Shown here: positions 46,167 to 53,952 of the stretch, piece by piece
Layout: each line of letters starts with the position of its first letter
Numbering within the stretch: the first letter of the stretch is position 1
Virus record (IMG/VR): IMGVR_UViG_3300022309_000006
Location: 1-61,934 of that record
Source: a virus
Lineage: Duplodnaviria; Caudoviricetes
DNA: 61,934 nucleotides
Reading direction: 5' to 3' (one strand)
The notes under the pieces: generated by a model
Databases searched by the model: none
Told to the model about the DNA's origin: nothing
The model's input: only the letters and a program-made list of their open reading frames with translations
Program-made: the position numbers and the translations under genes

Positions 46167-48042
46167 CCCAGCGATCTCGATAGGACGGGGAGCAGGAGGG
46201 ACCCGAAGTAACGGATCGGACACGGACTGCGAGGGAGCCGACAGCGACGAGTGCCCCGTCGAACAGAAGCGACCCGTGATGAAGGATGGCGCGGATCAAT
46301 TGAGGGACCCGAGGGAACAGATCGGACGTGGTATTAGGAGGGAGCCTCCTGCGACGAGTGCCCCGTCGAGAGAGAGCGAACCGTTCAGGAAGATTGACCG
46401 AGCATGACGAGTGACCCGTAGGAAGCGATCGGACAGAAGAAGGAAGGGACCCAAGAGATTAGATCGGACGTGGCAGACGAGGGAGCCGACATCAAGGCGC
46501 GCACCGTAATACTTGAGCGAGCCAGGGGCACGTGAGGGGACCGATGCAAAAGAGCGAGCTGTCACGGGCGAGTGGACCGAAAGGATGGAGCGAGCCGCCG
46601 CAATAGAGTGGTCCGAACCACCAGAGTGCCCCGGGTCACTCTGGCAATACTAACACGGTTTATTAAAGCCGCAATGGAGTGACCCGAACCGCCAGAGTGC
46701 CCCGTACTCCTTGAGGGAGCCGTTACCGATGAGAGGGCCGAGTTTCGAGAGCGAGCCGCTGTCGGACGAGTGACCCGCCAGACCCGAGGAGTCCGAGAGA
46801 GACGAGGGAACCACGGGGTACGATAGAGCGCGTATCGAGAGTGACCCGCGCTAGCGGAGCAGCCCGTAGCACCTGAGGAAACCGGGCCTTCGGAGGGGAC
46901 CGATTCGCGTGAGTGAGCCGTCAGGTCCGATGCGATCGCAAGACAAGAGCGAACCGTCTTGAATGAGGGGGCCGCGACCACGGAGTGAGCCGCTGTCCGT
47001 GAGGGGACCGCGTGTTATGAGCGAACCGTTCAGGAAGATTGACCGAGCATCACGAGTGACCCAAGCTAGGAGAGTGCCCCGCGAGCAGCGAGGGAGCCGC
47101 CGTACAAGAGGGACGTGCAAGAAAAGAGCGAGCCGAGACGACGGAGCGCACCGTCGCCCGCGAGTGAACCGGGTTGAGTGAGTATGCCGGGGCTTGGAAG
47201 TGTAGCCACTTTACGGGAGCATCCCGTGACTCCAGAGCGAACCGTGACATGAAGCGCACCGCTTGGGACGAGTGACCCGCTCACGACGAGAGGCCCGGCC
47301 ATTGTGAGGGAACCGTCAGTAACGAGACCCCGAGCGTCCCGGTATTTGGGAGTGAGCCGAGATAACTGAGTCACCCTGTGAGAGAGCAGCGAGCCGATTC
47401 TGAGAAGCGCACCGCTGGAAGTGAGCGACCCGGCCAACCAGATCGGACGTGTGTCCAGAGGGAGTCGAGAGAAAAGAGCGCACCGTAGTAAAAGAACGAC
47501 CCGGACTAACAGGGAGCACCGGTACACATGAGGGACCCGAGAAAGAGCAGCGCACCGAGCTTGTAGAGGGAGCCGATGAGAGAGATCCCCGCGATTCTGA
47601 AGAGCGACCCATCGTAACCGTGAGCACCGAGAAACATGAGGGAGTCAGGACCGTTGAGCGCCCCGTCAAGACCGAACGAACCGGCCTAACAGGGAGCACC
47701 GCTAAACATGAGTGAGTTGATTTGCCTGAGCGCACCGGAGGAAAGGAACGACCCATGACGAGAGAGCGCCCCGTATCGACGAGGGAGTCGAGCGTTGAGA
47801 GCGCCCCGAAAAGTCCGAACGACCCCGGGGACAGAAGCGGACCGCGCTTGATGAGGGAGCCATGCACTGCGAGCACCCCGTACAGATTGAGCGAGCCGAA
47901 GACTAGGAGCGGACCGAATTTGATGAGGGAGCCATGCACTGCGAGCACCCCGTAGAGGTGGAGCGAGCCGTCGACCCTGAGTGGACCGCAAAGAGTAAGC
48001 GAGCCGAAAGAGTTGACCAACCCGAATGCTGAGAGCGCCCTA
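46143..48042 (+). ncRNA. TIGR-like tandem interspaced guide RNA array (~52 units of 35-36 nt)
   Basis: ~104 motifs at ~18-nt spacing, alternating GAGNGANCCR with GAGNG(C/G)NCCG or GATNGGACG, separated by 8-9 variable nt; no credible ORF. Confidence 0.85.
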
Positions 48043-48058
48043 ACGACAGGAGGACCCC

Positions 48059-48427
48059 ATGCCCGATGCAGCCCTGACCGAACACACCCACCGGATCACG
48101 CGCCAGCTGGAACGCCCGCTGACCGATGCCGAGCGCCTCGAGATTGGCGTGAACCTCTCCGAGGCCCTCGAGGCCGCGCAGGACGCGGAACGCCGCAAGC
48201 GCGAACTCGACGGCCGCCTCAAAAAAGACATCGATTATTACCGCGGGATGGCCGACGATCTGGCAGGCGTCCTACGGAAAGGCGTGCGTGAAGGCCCCGT
48301 CGAGGTGCTGGTGACCCGCGACTGGACGACCGGCCGGGTGACGTTCCACCGGGCCGACACCGGCGAGCAGATCGAGGAACGCGCCATGACGATCGAGGAA
48401 CGCCAAACCACCATCCCGGAGGCCTGA
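48059..48427 (+). CDS. hypothetical protein
   Basis: AGGAGG RBS; R.DTGE.IE.R.MT.EERQ motif. Confidence 0.75.
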   Translation: MPDAALTEHTHRITRQLERPLTDAERLEIGVNLSEALEAAQDAERRKRELDGRLKKDIDYYRGMADDLAGVLRKGVREGPVEVLVTRDWTTGRVTFHRADTGEQIEERAMTIEERQTTIPEA

Positions 48428-48429
48428 CG

Positions 48430-48837
48430 ATGCCGAGCCACAACCATGTGACCCTGATGGGCAACCTGACCCGCAACCCCGAACTGCGCTACACCCCGAA
48501 CGGTACCCCGGTGTGCAACCTGGGCCTCGCGGTCAACCGCCGGTACAAACAAGGCGACGACTTGAAAGAGGAAGTCGCGTTCATCGACATTGTGCTGTTC
48601 GGCAAGACCGGCGAGACCGCCGTGCAGTACCTGAGCAAGGGCGACTGCGCCCTGTTCGAAGGCCGCCTGCAGCAACGCCGCTGGGAGACCGAGGACCACC
48701 AGGTCCGGAGCAAGATCGAAGTGGTGGCCCACGGGATGACGTTCATCAAAACCAAATACCAACAGCAGGGCGCCGGGCCATCCAGCGGTGGCGCCGACCC
48801 GCCCCAGGAGCACCACGATGACGCCCCTTACGAGTAA
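48430..48837 (+). CDS. ssb: single-stranded DNA-binding protein
   Basis: N.V.LMGNLTRNPELRYTP.G, YLSKG, EGRLQ.RRWE, acidic tail DDAPYE. Confidence 0.95.
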   Translation: MPSHNHVTLMGNLTRNPELRYTPNGTPVCNLGLAVNRRYKQGDDLKEEVAFIDIVLFGKTGETAVQYLSKGDCALFEGRLQQRRWETEDHQVRSKIEVVAHGMTFIKTKYQQQGAGPSSGGADPPQEHHDDAPYE

Positions 48838-49261
48838 CCCGGCGGGCCGGTGGATTTACGTGCTGCACCCGTTCCGCGGGACCGGCCTACAGGGCGAACG
48901 CGAGAAGAACCGCGCGCGGATCGAGCTGATCTGCCGGGAGATCATGGGGCTGGGGCACGTCCCGCTGTCGCCCGTGCATTTTGCAGGCTTCCTGGACGAC
49001 ACCCACCCGCACGACCGCGCGCAGGCCTTCGCCCTCTGCCAGGCCTTGATCCGCCGGGCCGACGAGGTGTGGAGCTTTACGGTCGCGTCCCGCCGGTTCG
49101 ACCCGGTGGGCCTCCGCTACATCCACACCCCGGTGGTGAGCGCCGGGTGCGCCCGGGACCTCGAGGACGCCACGAAAGCCAACAAACCCATCATCTACTT
49201 CCACTACGAGGAAGGGGCCGGTGCCGTGCGCGATTTACGGCTGTCCCGTGGTGGTGTATAA
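48818..49261 (+). CDS. DUF4406/nucleoside deoxyribosyltransferase-like protein
   Basis: IYV.HPFRG...N, GHVP.SP, C..LI.RADEVW, SAGC..DLE.A...KPI. Confidence 0.7.
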   Translation: MTPLTSNPAGRWIYVLHPFRGTGLQGEREKNRARIELICREIMGLGHVPLSPVHFAGFLDDTHPHDRAQAFALCQALIRRADEVWSFTVASRRFDPVGLRYIHTPVVSAGCARDLEDATKANKPIIYFHYEEGAGAVRDLRLSRGGV

Positions 49262-49315
49262 GCCTGCGGGAACATGGGGCAAACGCCCCGCGTTCTACGT
49301 GGAACAGGAGTAGCG

Positions 49316-50746
49316 ATGCCAACCAAGCGCCCCGCCACGAAGTCCCGTGCCCCGATCGCCCGGCCCGAGCCCGGCGAACAGATCGCTCCCTTCGACATTG
49401 CCCAGCTGCAGCTGGACCCGAAAAACGCCCGCGCCCACGGCGATCGAGACATCAAGGCCATCATGGCGTCGATCCGCCAGTGGGGCTGGACCAACCCGAT
49501 CATCGTGCGGGCCGGAACCACCCAGGTGGTGTGCGGCCACGGCCGCGTCCAAGCTGCCATCCGGCTGGGCCTCAAGACGGTCCCGGGGATCAGCCGGGTG
49601 TTTGCCACCGACGCCGACGCCAAGGCCTACGCGATCGCCGACAACCGGACGGCCGAGCTGTCGGCCTGGGACCTGCCGAACCTCAAGGATTCCTTGACGG
49701 AACTCGAGGGCCAGGGCTACGACATCGCGTTGACCGGCTGGACGGTCGACGAACTCCAGAAGATGCTCGACTTTGACAGCGAGCCCGAGCACGACCCCGA
49801 CACCCTGCCGGTCGTGGGCGGCCCGCCGGTCGCCAAGCCCGGCGAGCTGTGGTGTCTCGGGGACCACCGGATCCTCTGCGGCGATGCCCAGGACCCCGCG
49901 GTCTGGTTCCGGCTGATGGGCGGCCGGAAAGCCCACGCGATCTTTACCGACCCGCCCTATGGCGTGGCCTATGAAGCCCAAAGCGGCAAATACGACGCGA
50001 TCAAGAACGATAGTCTCCGGCACGGCGCCCTCGCGGAATTCCTCTGGAGGACCTTTCGCAACCTCGTGCAGCACGCCGAGGACACCGCCGCGTTCTACAT
50101 TTGGCACGCCTCGAGCACCCGGCAGGACTTCAGCCATGCGCTGATAAACGCCGGGTTGACCGAACAGCAATACCTGATCTGGGTGAAGCCCGCGCTCGTG
50201 CTGGGCCACGACGACTACCAATGGGCCCATGAGCCCTGTTTCTACGCCGCCAAGTCCGGCCACAAACCGGCCTGGCACGGAGACCGGAGCCAACCGACCA
50301 CCTGGCGGTTCAGCCCCGTGAGCCCCGAGGGCATCATGGCGAGCGTCGGCCGCGGCCTGACGCTGCTGCACGGCCCCGAGACCCTCCACCTGACGACCGA
50401 CAGCCCCAAGACCAAGAAAACCCGGACCGTCCGGGTCCCCGAGGACGGCCGCCCCGTCCTGATCGACATCGGCAACCAGCCACACCACGACTGCTGGGAA
50501 GTCTCCCGGGACCACAACGCCGAGCACCCCACCCAAAAGCCCGTCGCCCTCGCGGTCCGGGCGTTGCGGAACAGCACCCAGTACGGCGAGCTGGTGCTCG
50601 ACGCCTTCCTGGGCAGCGGCACCACCCTGATGGGCGCCGAGATCCTGGGCCGGACCTGCTACGCCACCGAAATGGAGCCGAAGTACGTGGACCTGGCGGT
50701 GCGCCGGTGGGAGCTGTTCACCAAGAAGAAAGCCGAACGCGCATGA
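49316..50746 (+). CDS. ParB-like N-terminal domain fused to N4/N6 DNA methyltransferase
   Basis: P.NAR.H, SI..WGW.NPI, GHGR, IADNR; TDPPYG, HPTQKP, LDAFLGSGTT. Confidence 0.92.
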   Translation: MPTKRPATKSRAPIARPEPGEQIAPFDIAQLQLDPKNARAHGDRDIKAIMASIRQWGWTNPIIVRAGTTQVVCGHGRVQAAIRLGLKTVPGISRVFATDADAKAYAIADNRTAELSAWDLPNLKDSLTELEGQGYDIALTGWTVDELQKMLDFDSEPEHDPDTLPVVGGPPVAKPGELWCLGDHRILCGDAQDPAVWFRLMGGRKAHAIFTDPPYGVAYEAQSGKYDAIKNDSLRHGALAEFLWRTFRNLVQHAEDTAAFYIWHASSTRQDFSHALINAGLTEQQYLIWVKPALVLGHDDYQWAHEPCFYAAKSGHKPAWHGDRSQPTTWRFSPVSPEGIMASVGRGLTLLHGPETLHLTTDSPKTKKTRTVRVPEDGRPVLIDIGNQPHHDCWEVSRDHNAEHPTQKPVALAVRALRNSTQYGELVLDAFLGSGTTLMGAEILGRTCYATEMEPKYVDLAVRRWELFTKKKAERA

Positions 50747-51027
50747 GCCTCAAGATTACCAAGACCCCTCGGATCTTTTGCCCGAAGTGCGACAACCTCC
50801 TGAGCGCCATCAGCGACTTCGACGGCCACACCCCGAAGCCCAACGACTTCTCCCTGTGCGCCTACTGCCTGACCCTCCTGATCGTGACGGAAGGGAACGG
50901 GATGCGCCTCCCCACCCCGGCGGAGGAGGCCGAAGCCCGGGCCACGCCCGCCGTCCAGGAACTGCGCCAGGCCTTGCTGCACCACCGTGGCCCCGTGACG
51001 GAGATGAAACGCCCCCATGCGAAGTGA
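50743..51027 (+). CDS. Zn-finger hypothetical protein
   Basis: CPKC...P.P.D.SLCAYC. Confidence 0.65.
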   Translation: MSLKITKTPRIFCPKCDNLLSAISDFDGHTPKPNDFSLCAYCLTLLIVTEGNGMRLPTPAEEAEARATPAVQELRQALLHHRGPVTEMKRPHAK

Positions 51028-51241
51028 CCCCCCGGACACGACCGCGCCGGACCGTTGCCACTTCGGGCACCCCTGTCCCCCGGCACGCCTGACGCGCTGC
51101 TACTTCCCCGAGGGCTGCTGGTGCTACCCCGACGACCACGACCAATGGCTGTGCCCACAGCACACGATCAAAGGCCTGCAAAACAACGCAGGCACCACCG
51201 TGCAGGGCTACCTGCACACCACCAAGGAGGATCCGACATGA
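51017..51241 (+). CDS. Cys-rich hypothetical protein
   Basis: FPEGCWCYPDD..Q.LCPQH. Confidence 0.5.
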   Translation: MRSDPPDTTAPDRCHFGHPCPPARLTRCYFPEGCWCYPDDHDQWLCPQHTIKGLQNNAGTTVQGYLHTTKEDPT

Positions 51242-51480
51242 ACGCCACCGCCACCTACCACGAACTCACCTGTCTCGACGAGACCGGCGACACCAAGCTG
51301 ATCTGGGATGAAGCGAACCAGGAGGAGATCGACGCCGCCAAGCAGATGTTCGAAACCCTGAAAAAGAAAGGCTATGTCGCGTTTACCGTGAACCGCAAAG
51401 GCGACAAAGCCGAGCAAGTCGATCGGTTCGACCCGAGCCTCGAGAAGATCATCATGGCGCCCCAGCTGCAGGGAGGCTGA
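51238..51480 (+). CDS. 80-aa protein ending in Gly-Gly
   Basis: AAGGAGG RBS; C-terminus IIMAPQLQGG. Confidence 0.8.
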   Translation: MNATATYHELTCLDETGDTKLIWDEANQEEIDAAKQMFETLKKKGYVAFTVNRKGDKAEQVDRFDPSLEKIIMAPQLQGG

Positions 51481-51482
51481 CG

Positions 51483-52154
51483 ATGCCGACACACCCCACG
51501 ACCGCGTCCTACCCGGAGGCCTGGCACGGCTGGACCACCACCGGCAGCGCTATCACCGAGCACGACCCCTGGGACACCTGGACCACGACCTATACGACCA
51601 ATACGACCACTTCGGCCAGCGCCAACACCTGGCGCGTGTGGGTGGCCCCCGGGACCAGCACCGGCACCAGCACCACCGTCTGGCACACCTGGACCGGGAC
51701 CGCCTCGACGGCCGCCCCCACGGTGTACGCGCAACGGCAGGTCGCCGTCAGCCCCGAGGAGGCCGCCCGGCTGGCCGCCGAGGAGGCCGAACGCCAAGCC
51801 CACGCGGCCCAACAGGCTGCCGAGCTCAAAGCCAAACAGGAGGCCGCCAAACAGAAGGCCGAAACCTTGCTGCTGGCCCACCTGACGCCCGAGCAAGAGC
51901 AGGCCTGGCGGGAAAACCGGGCCATCTTCGTGACGGTGCCGTCCGGCCGCCGGTACCGCATCCGGGACGGCCTGGCCCACAATATCCAGCTCGTGGACGC
52001 CGATGGGCAGCCGCTCGAGGACCTGTGCGTCCATATTTCCGGCTGCCCGACGCCCGACAACGTCCTGGCCCAAAAGCTGGCCCTCTTGGCCGACGAAGAC
52101 GGCGTGCGGCGCCGGGCCAACATCCGGCCCCTGCGGCCCCGAGGTGTCGCGTGA
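51483..52154 (+). CDS. hypothetical protein with Thr/Trp-rich N-terminus and globular Cys-containing C-domain
   Basis: W..WTTT repeats, coiled coil, SGRRYRI...HNI...LC.H....P..D..LAQKLAL..DE. Confidence 0.75.
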   Translation: MPTHPTTASYPEAWHGWTTTGSAITEHDPWDTWTTTYTTNTTTSASANTWRVWVAPGTSTGTSTTVWHTWTGTASTAAPTVYAQRQVAVSPEEAARLAAEEAERQAHAAQQAAELKAKQEAAKQKAETLLLAHLTPEQEQAWRENRAIFVTVPSGRRYRIRDGLAHNIQLVDADGQPLEDLCVHISGCPTPDNVLAQKLALLADEDGVRRRANIRPLRPRGVA

Positions 52155-52333
52155 CGGGCGGGTTCTGTGCCTGCGGGTGCGGGCAACGGACCAAGCTCGC
52201 CACCAACACCAACACCGCCAAGGGCTACGTGAAGGGGCAGCCGATGAAATGGGTCTACGGGCACAACGCGAAGGCGCAGCACGCCCGGCGCCGACGCGCC
52301 CGGGCGACCTCCCCGGAGGCCCGTCCGTCCTAA
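52151..52333 (+). CDS. small CxCGCG-motif protein
   Basis: GAGGT RBS; CACGCG...GHN. Confidence 0.55.
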   Translation: MTGGFCACGCGQRTKLATNTNTAKGYVKGQPMKWVYGHNAKAQHARRRRARATSPEARPS

Positions 52334-52337
52334 CGCT

Positions 52338-52985
52338 ATGCGCCGGAAGCCGAGCCATGATCCTCATGACGACGACCTGACGCTGACGGGGCCGAGCCTC
52401 GACTTCCTGGAGGCCGAGGAAGTCGAGACCGCCCGGACCATCACGCCCCGGATGGTGCGGGCCGACCTGAAGCGCCGGGCGATCGCCATGATGAAGCAGG
52501 AGCACCTGAAGGACATCCTGCCCCGGGTGCCCCGGCCCGGCGAAGCCTTCCACCTGATCAGCAACGGGAAGTACGACTTTTGGACCTGGATCCCGGTGCT
52601 GCTCGAGACCCTCGGGCACGCGGACGAATTCTACGGCAGCACCTGGACGCTCAACCGGCAGAACTGCCAGGAACTCTTGACTCTGTTCGACCAGGGCAAG
52701 ATCCGGTCCATCGGGTTCCTGACCGGGGTGTACTTCAAGCGCCGCGAGGCCGCCGTGTACGCCCTCCTGATGACCGGCCTGACGGAGCGCCGCCAACGCT
52801 ACTGCTGCCTCGAGAACCACGCCAAGGTGACGCTGCTGGCGAACCACCAGCGCGGCGATTACCTGACGGTCGAGGGCAGCGCCAACTACACCGCCAACCC
52901 CCGGATCGAACAATACTGCCTGACGAACGACCGGACCGTCTTTGACTTCCACAAAACCTGGATGGAGGAGATTTTGACGCCATGA
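52338..52985 (+). CDS. phospholipase D-like (HKD-type) domain protein
   Basis: STWT, NHAKVTL, VEGSANYTANPRIEQ. Confidence 0.7.
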   Translation: MRRKPSHDPHDDDLTLTGPSLDFLEAEEVETARTITPRMVRADLKRRAIAMMKQEHLKDILPRVPRPGEAFHLISNGKYDFWTWIPVLLETLGHADEFYGSTWTLNRQNCQELLTLFDQGKIRSIGFLTGVYFKRREAAVYALLMTGLTERRQRYCCLENHAKVTLLANHQRGDYLTVEGSANYTANPRIEQYCLTNDRTVFDFHKTWMEEILTP

Positions 52986-53437
52986 CGACCCCCACGCCGG
53001 ACCCGTACCCCTATATCCTGAGCCTGCATACCCTCCGGGCCTTCCTCGAGTGGTTCCCCCGGCAACCCGAGTACCGGCCCGAGAGCGGCCCCGGGCTGTG
53101 CCACGGACTCCGCGGCTTCGAGCAGCGAATGCTGAGCTTCCTGCCGCAAATGACCCGCGATGTCACCGGCCTGTTCGGCGACATCACGGTCCAGGAGGTG
53201 GCGGCCGGGACGCCCCTGCCGGGCAACATTTCCACCTCCCCGGACCTCGCGGAGAGCGCCCGGCGGCTCGCCGCCTTGACCGACACCCCCGTGCTCGTGA
53301 AATGGCTGGTGATTGATTCGTTCATTGACCAGCGCCTCACCGCCGCGTTGCAGCCCATCGCCCCGGTGTGGAGCCGGTTTCTGCGCGAAACCGGCTGGGG
53401 CCTGCCTGCTGGCTTTGGAGGCCCCCGGCCCGCATGA
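52982..53437 (+). CDS. hypothetical protein
   Basis: ATGA overlaps on both sides. Confidence 0.6.
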   Translation: MTTPTPDPYPYILSLHTLRAFLEWFPRQPEYRPESGPGLCHGLRGFEQRMLSFLPQMTRDVTGLFGDITVQEVAAGTPLPGNISTSPDLAESARRLAALTDTPVLVKWLVIDSFIDQRLTAALQPIAPVWSRFLRETGWGLPAGFGGPRPA

Positions 53438-53952
53438 CCACCCCGGAGCCCCGCACAAGAGCCCGGCACCCCTCGAAATCCGAGCGAGAGGCCCGGATAA
53501 CCGAGATTTACAAGCTCCTGGTGATGCGGGTGGCCCGGCACGATATTCTGCAATTTTGTGCAAAAAAAACGGACTGGGAGCTGAAGGAACGGGCCGTGGA
53601 TTACCTGATCGCGGCCGCTACCAAGCGCTTCCACACTGAAGCCAAGTACCGCCGGGAGATCGAGCTGGGCCGGTCGATCGCCACGACGGCCGACATCCTG
53701 AGCCGGACCCTCCGGGTCCAGGATTACAAAACCGCCCTGGCGGCCCAAAAGGAACTCAACGAGCTGCTCGGCCTGTATGCCCCGAAGCGCGTCGCCCTGA
53801 CGGACCCGGACGGCACGACCCCGAGCTATGTCGCGTTGTTGCCCGAACCGATAAAGGATCACGCCGCATGGTCGGAGCGTTGCAAGCAGGAACGAGCCGA
53901 GTTAGACCGCCAACAAGCCTCCGCCTCGTCCCCCGCGTCAACGAAGCGGTAG
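53434..53952 (+). CDS. terS: terminase small subunit (putative)
   Basis: Helical protein just upstream of terL; LLGLYAP.R..LT..DG. Confidence 0.65.
   Translation: MTTPEPRTRARHPSKSEREARITEIYKLLVMRVARHDILQFCAKKTDWELKERAVDYLIAAATKRFHTEAKYRREIELGRSIATTADILSRTLRVQDYKTALAAQKELNELLGLYAPKRVALTDPDGTTPSYVALLPEPIKDHAAWSERCKQERAELDRQQASASSPASTKR

Noticed and set aside
46206-47619. Array spacers containing GTAAC/GTTAC as guides against the early-gene operator
   Set aside because: Matches are only 5-6 nt, and I could not pair both spacers of any unit with an operator region by eye; chance is sufficient, though a full search was not possible
46143-48042. CRISPR array
   Set aside because: Repeats are ~10 nt and degenerate, spacers are 8-9 nt, two repeat types alternate, and no cas genes are present
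45952-48091. Many short ORFs on both strands across the array
   Set aside because: Six-residue periodic, low-complexity translations with no RBS and frequent frame breaks (35-nt units); they are by-products of the nucleotide repeat
53868-53952. terS-terL fusion by frameshift
   Set aside because: terL has its own ATG with an AAGGA RBS and no slippery heptamer is evident; a simple overlap suffices
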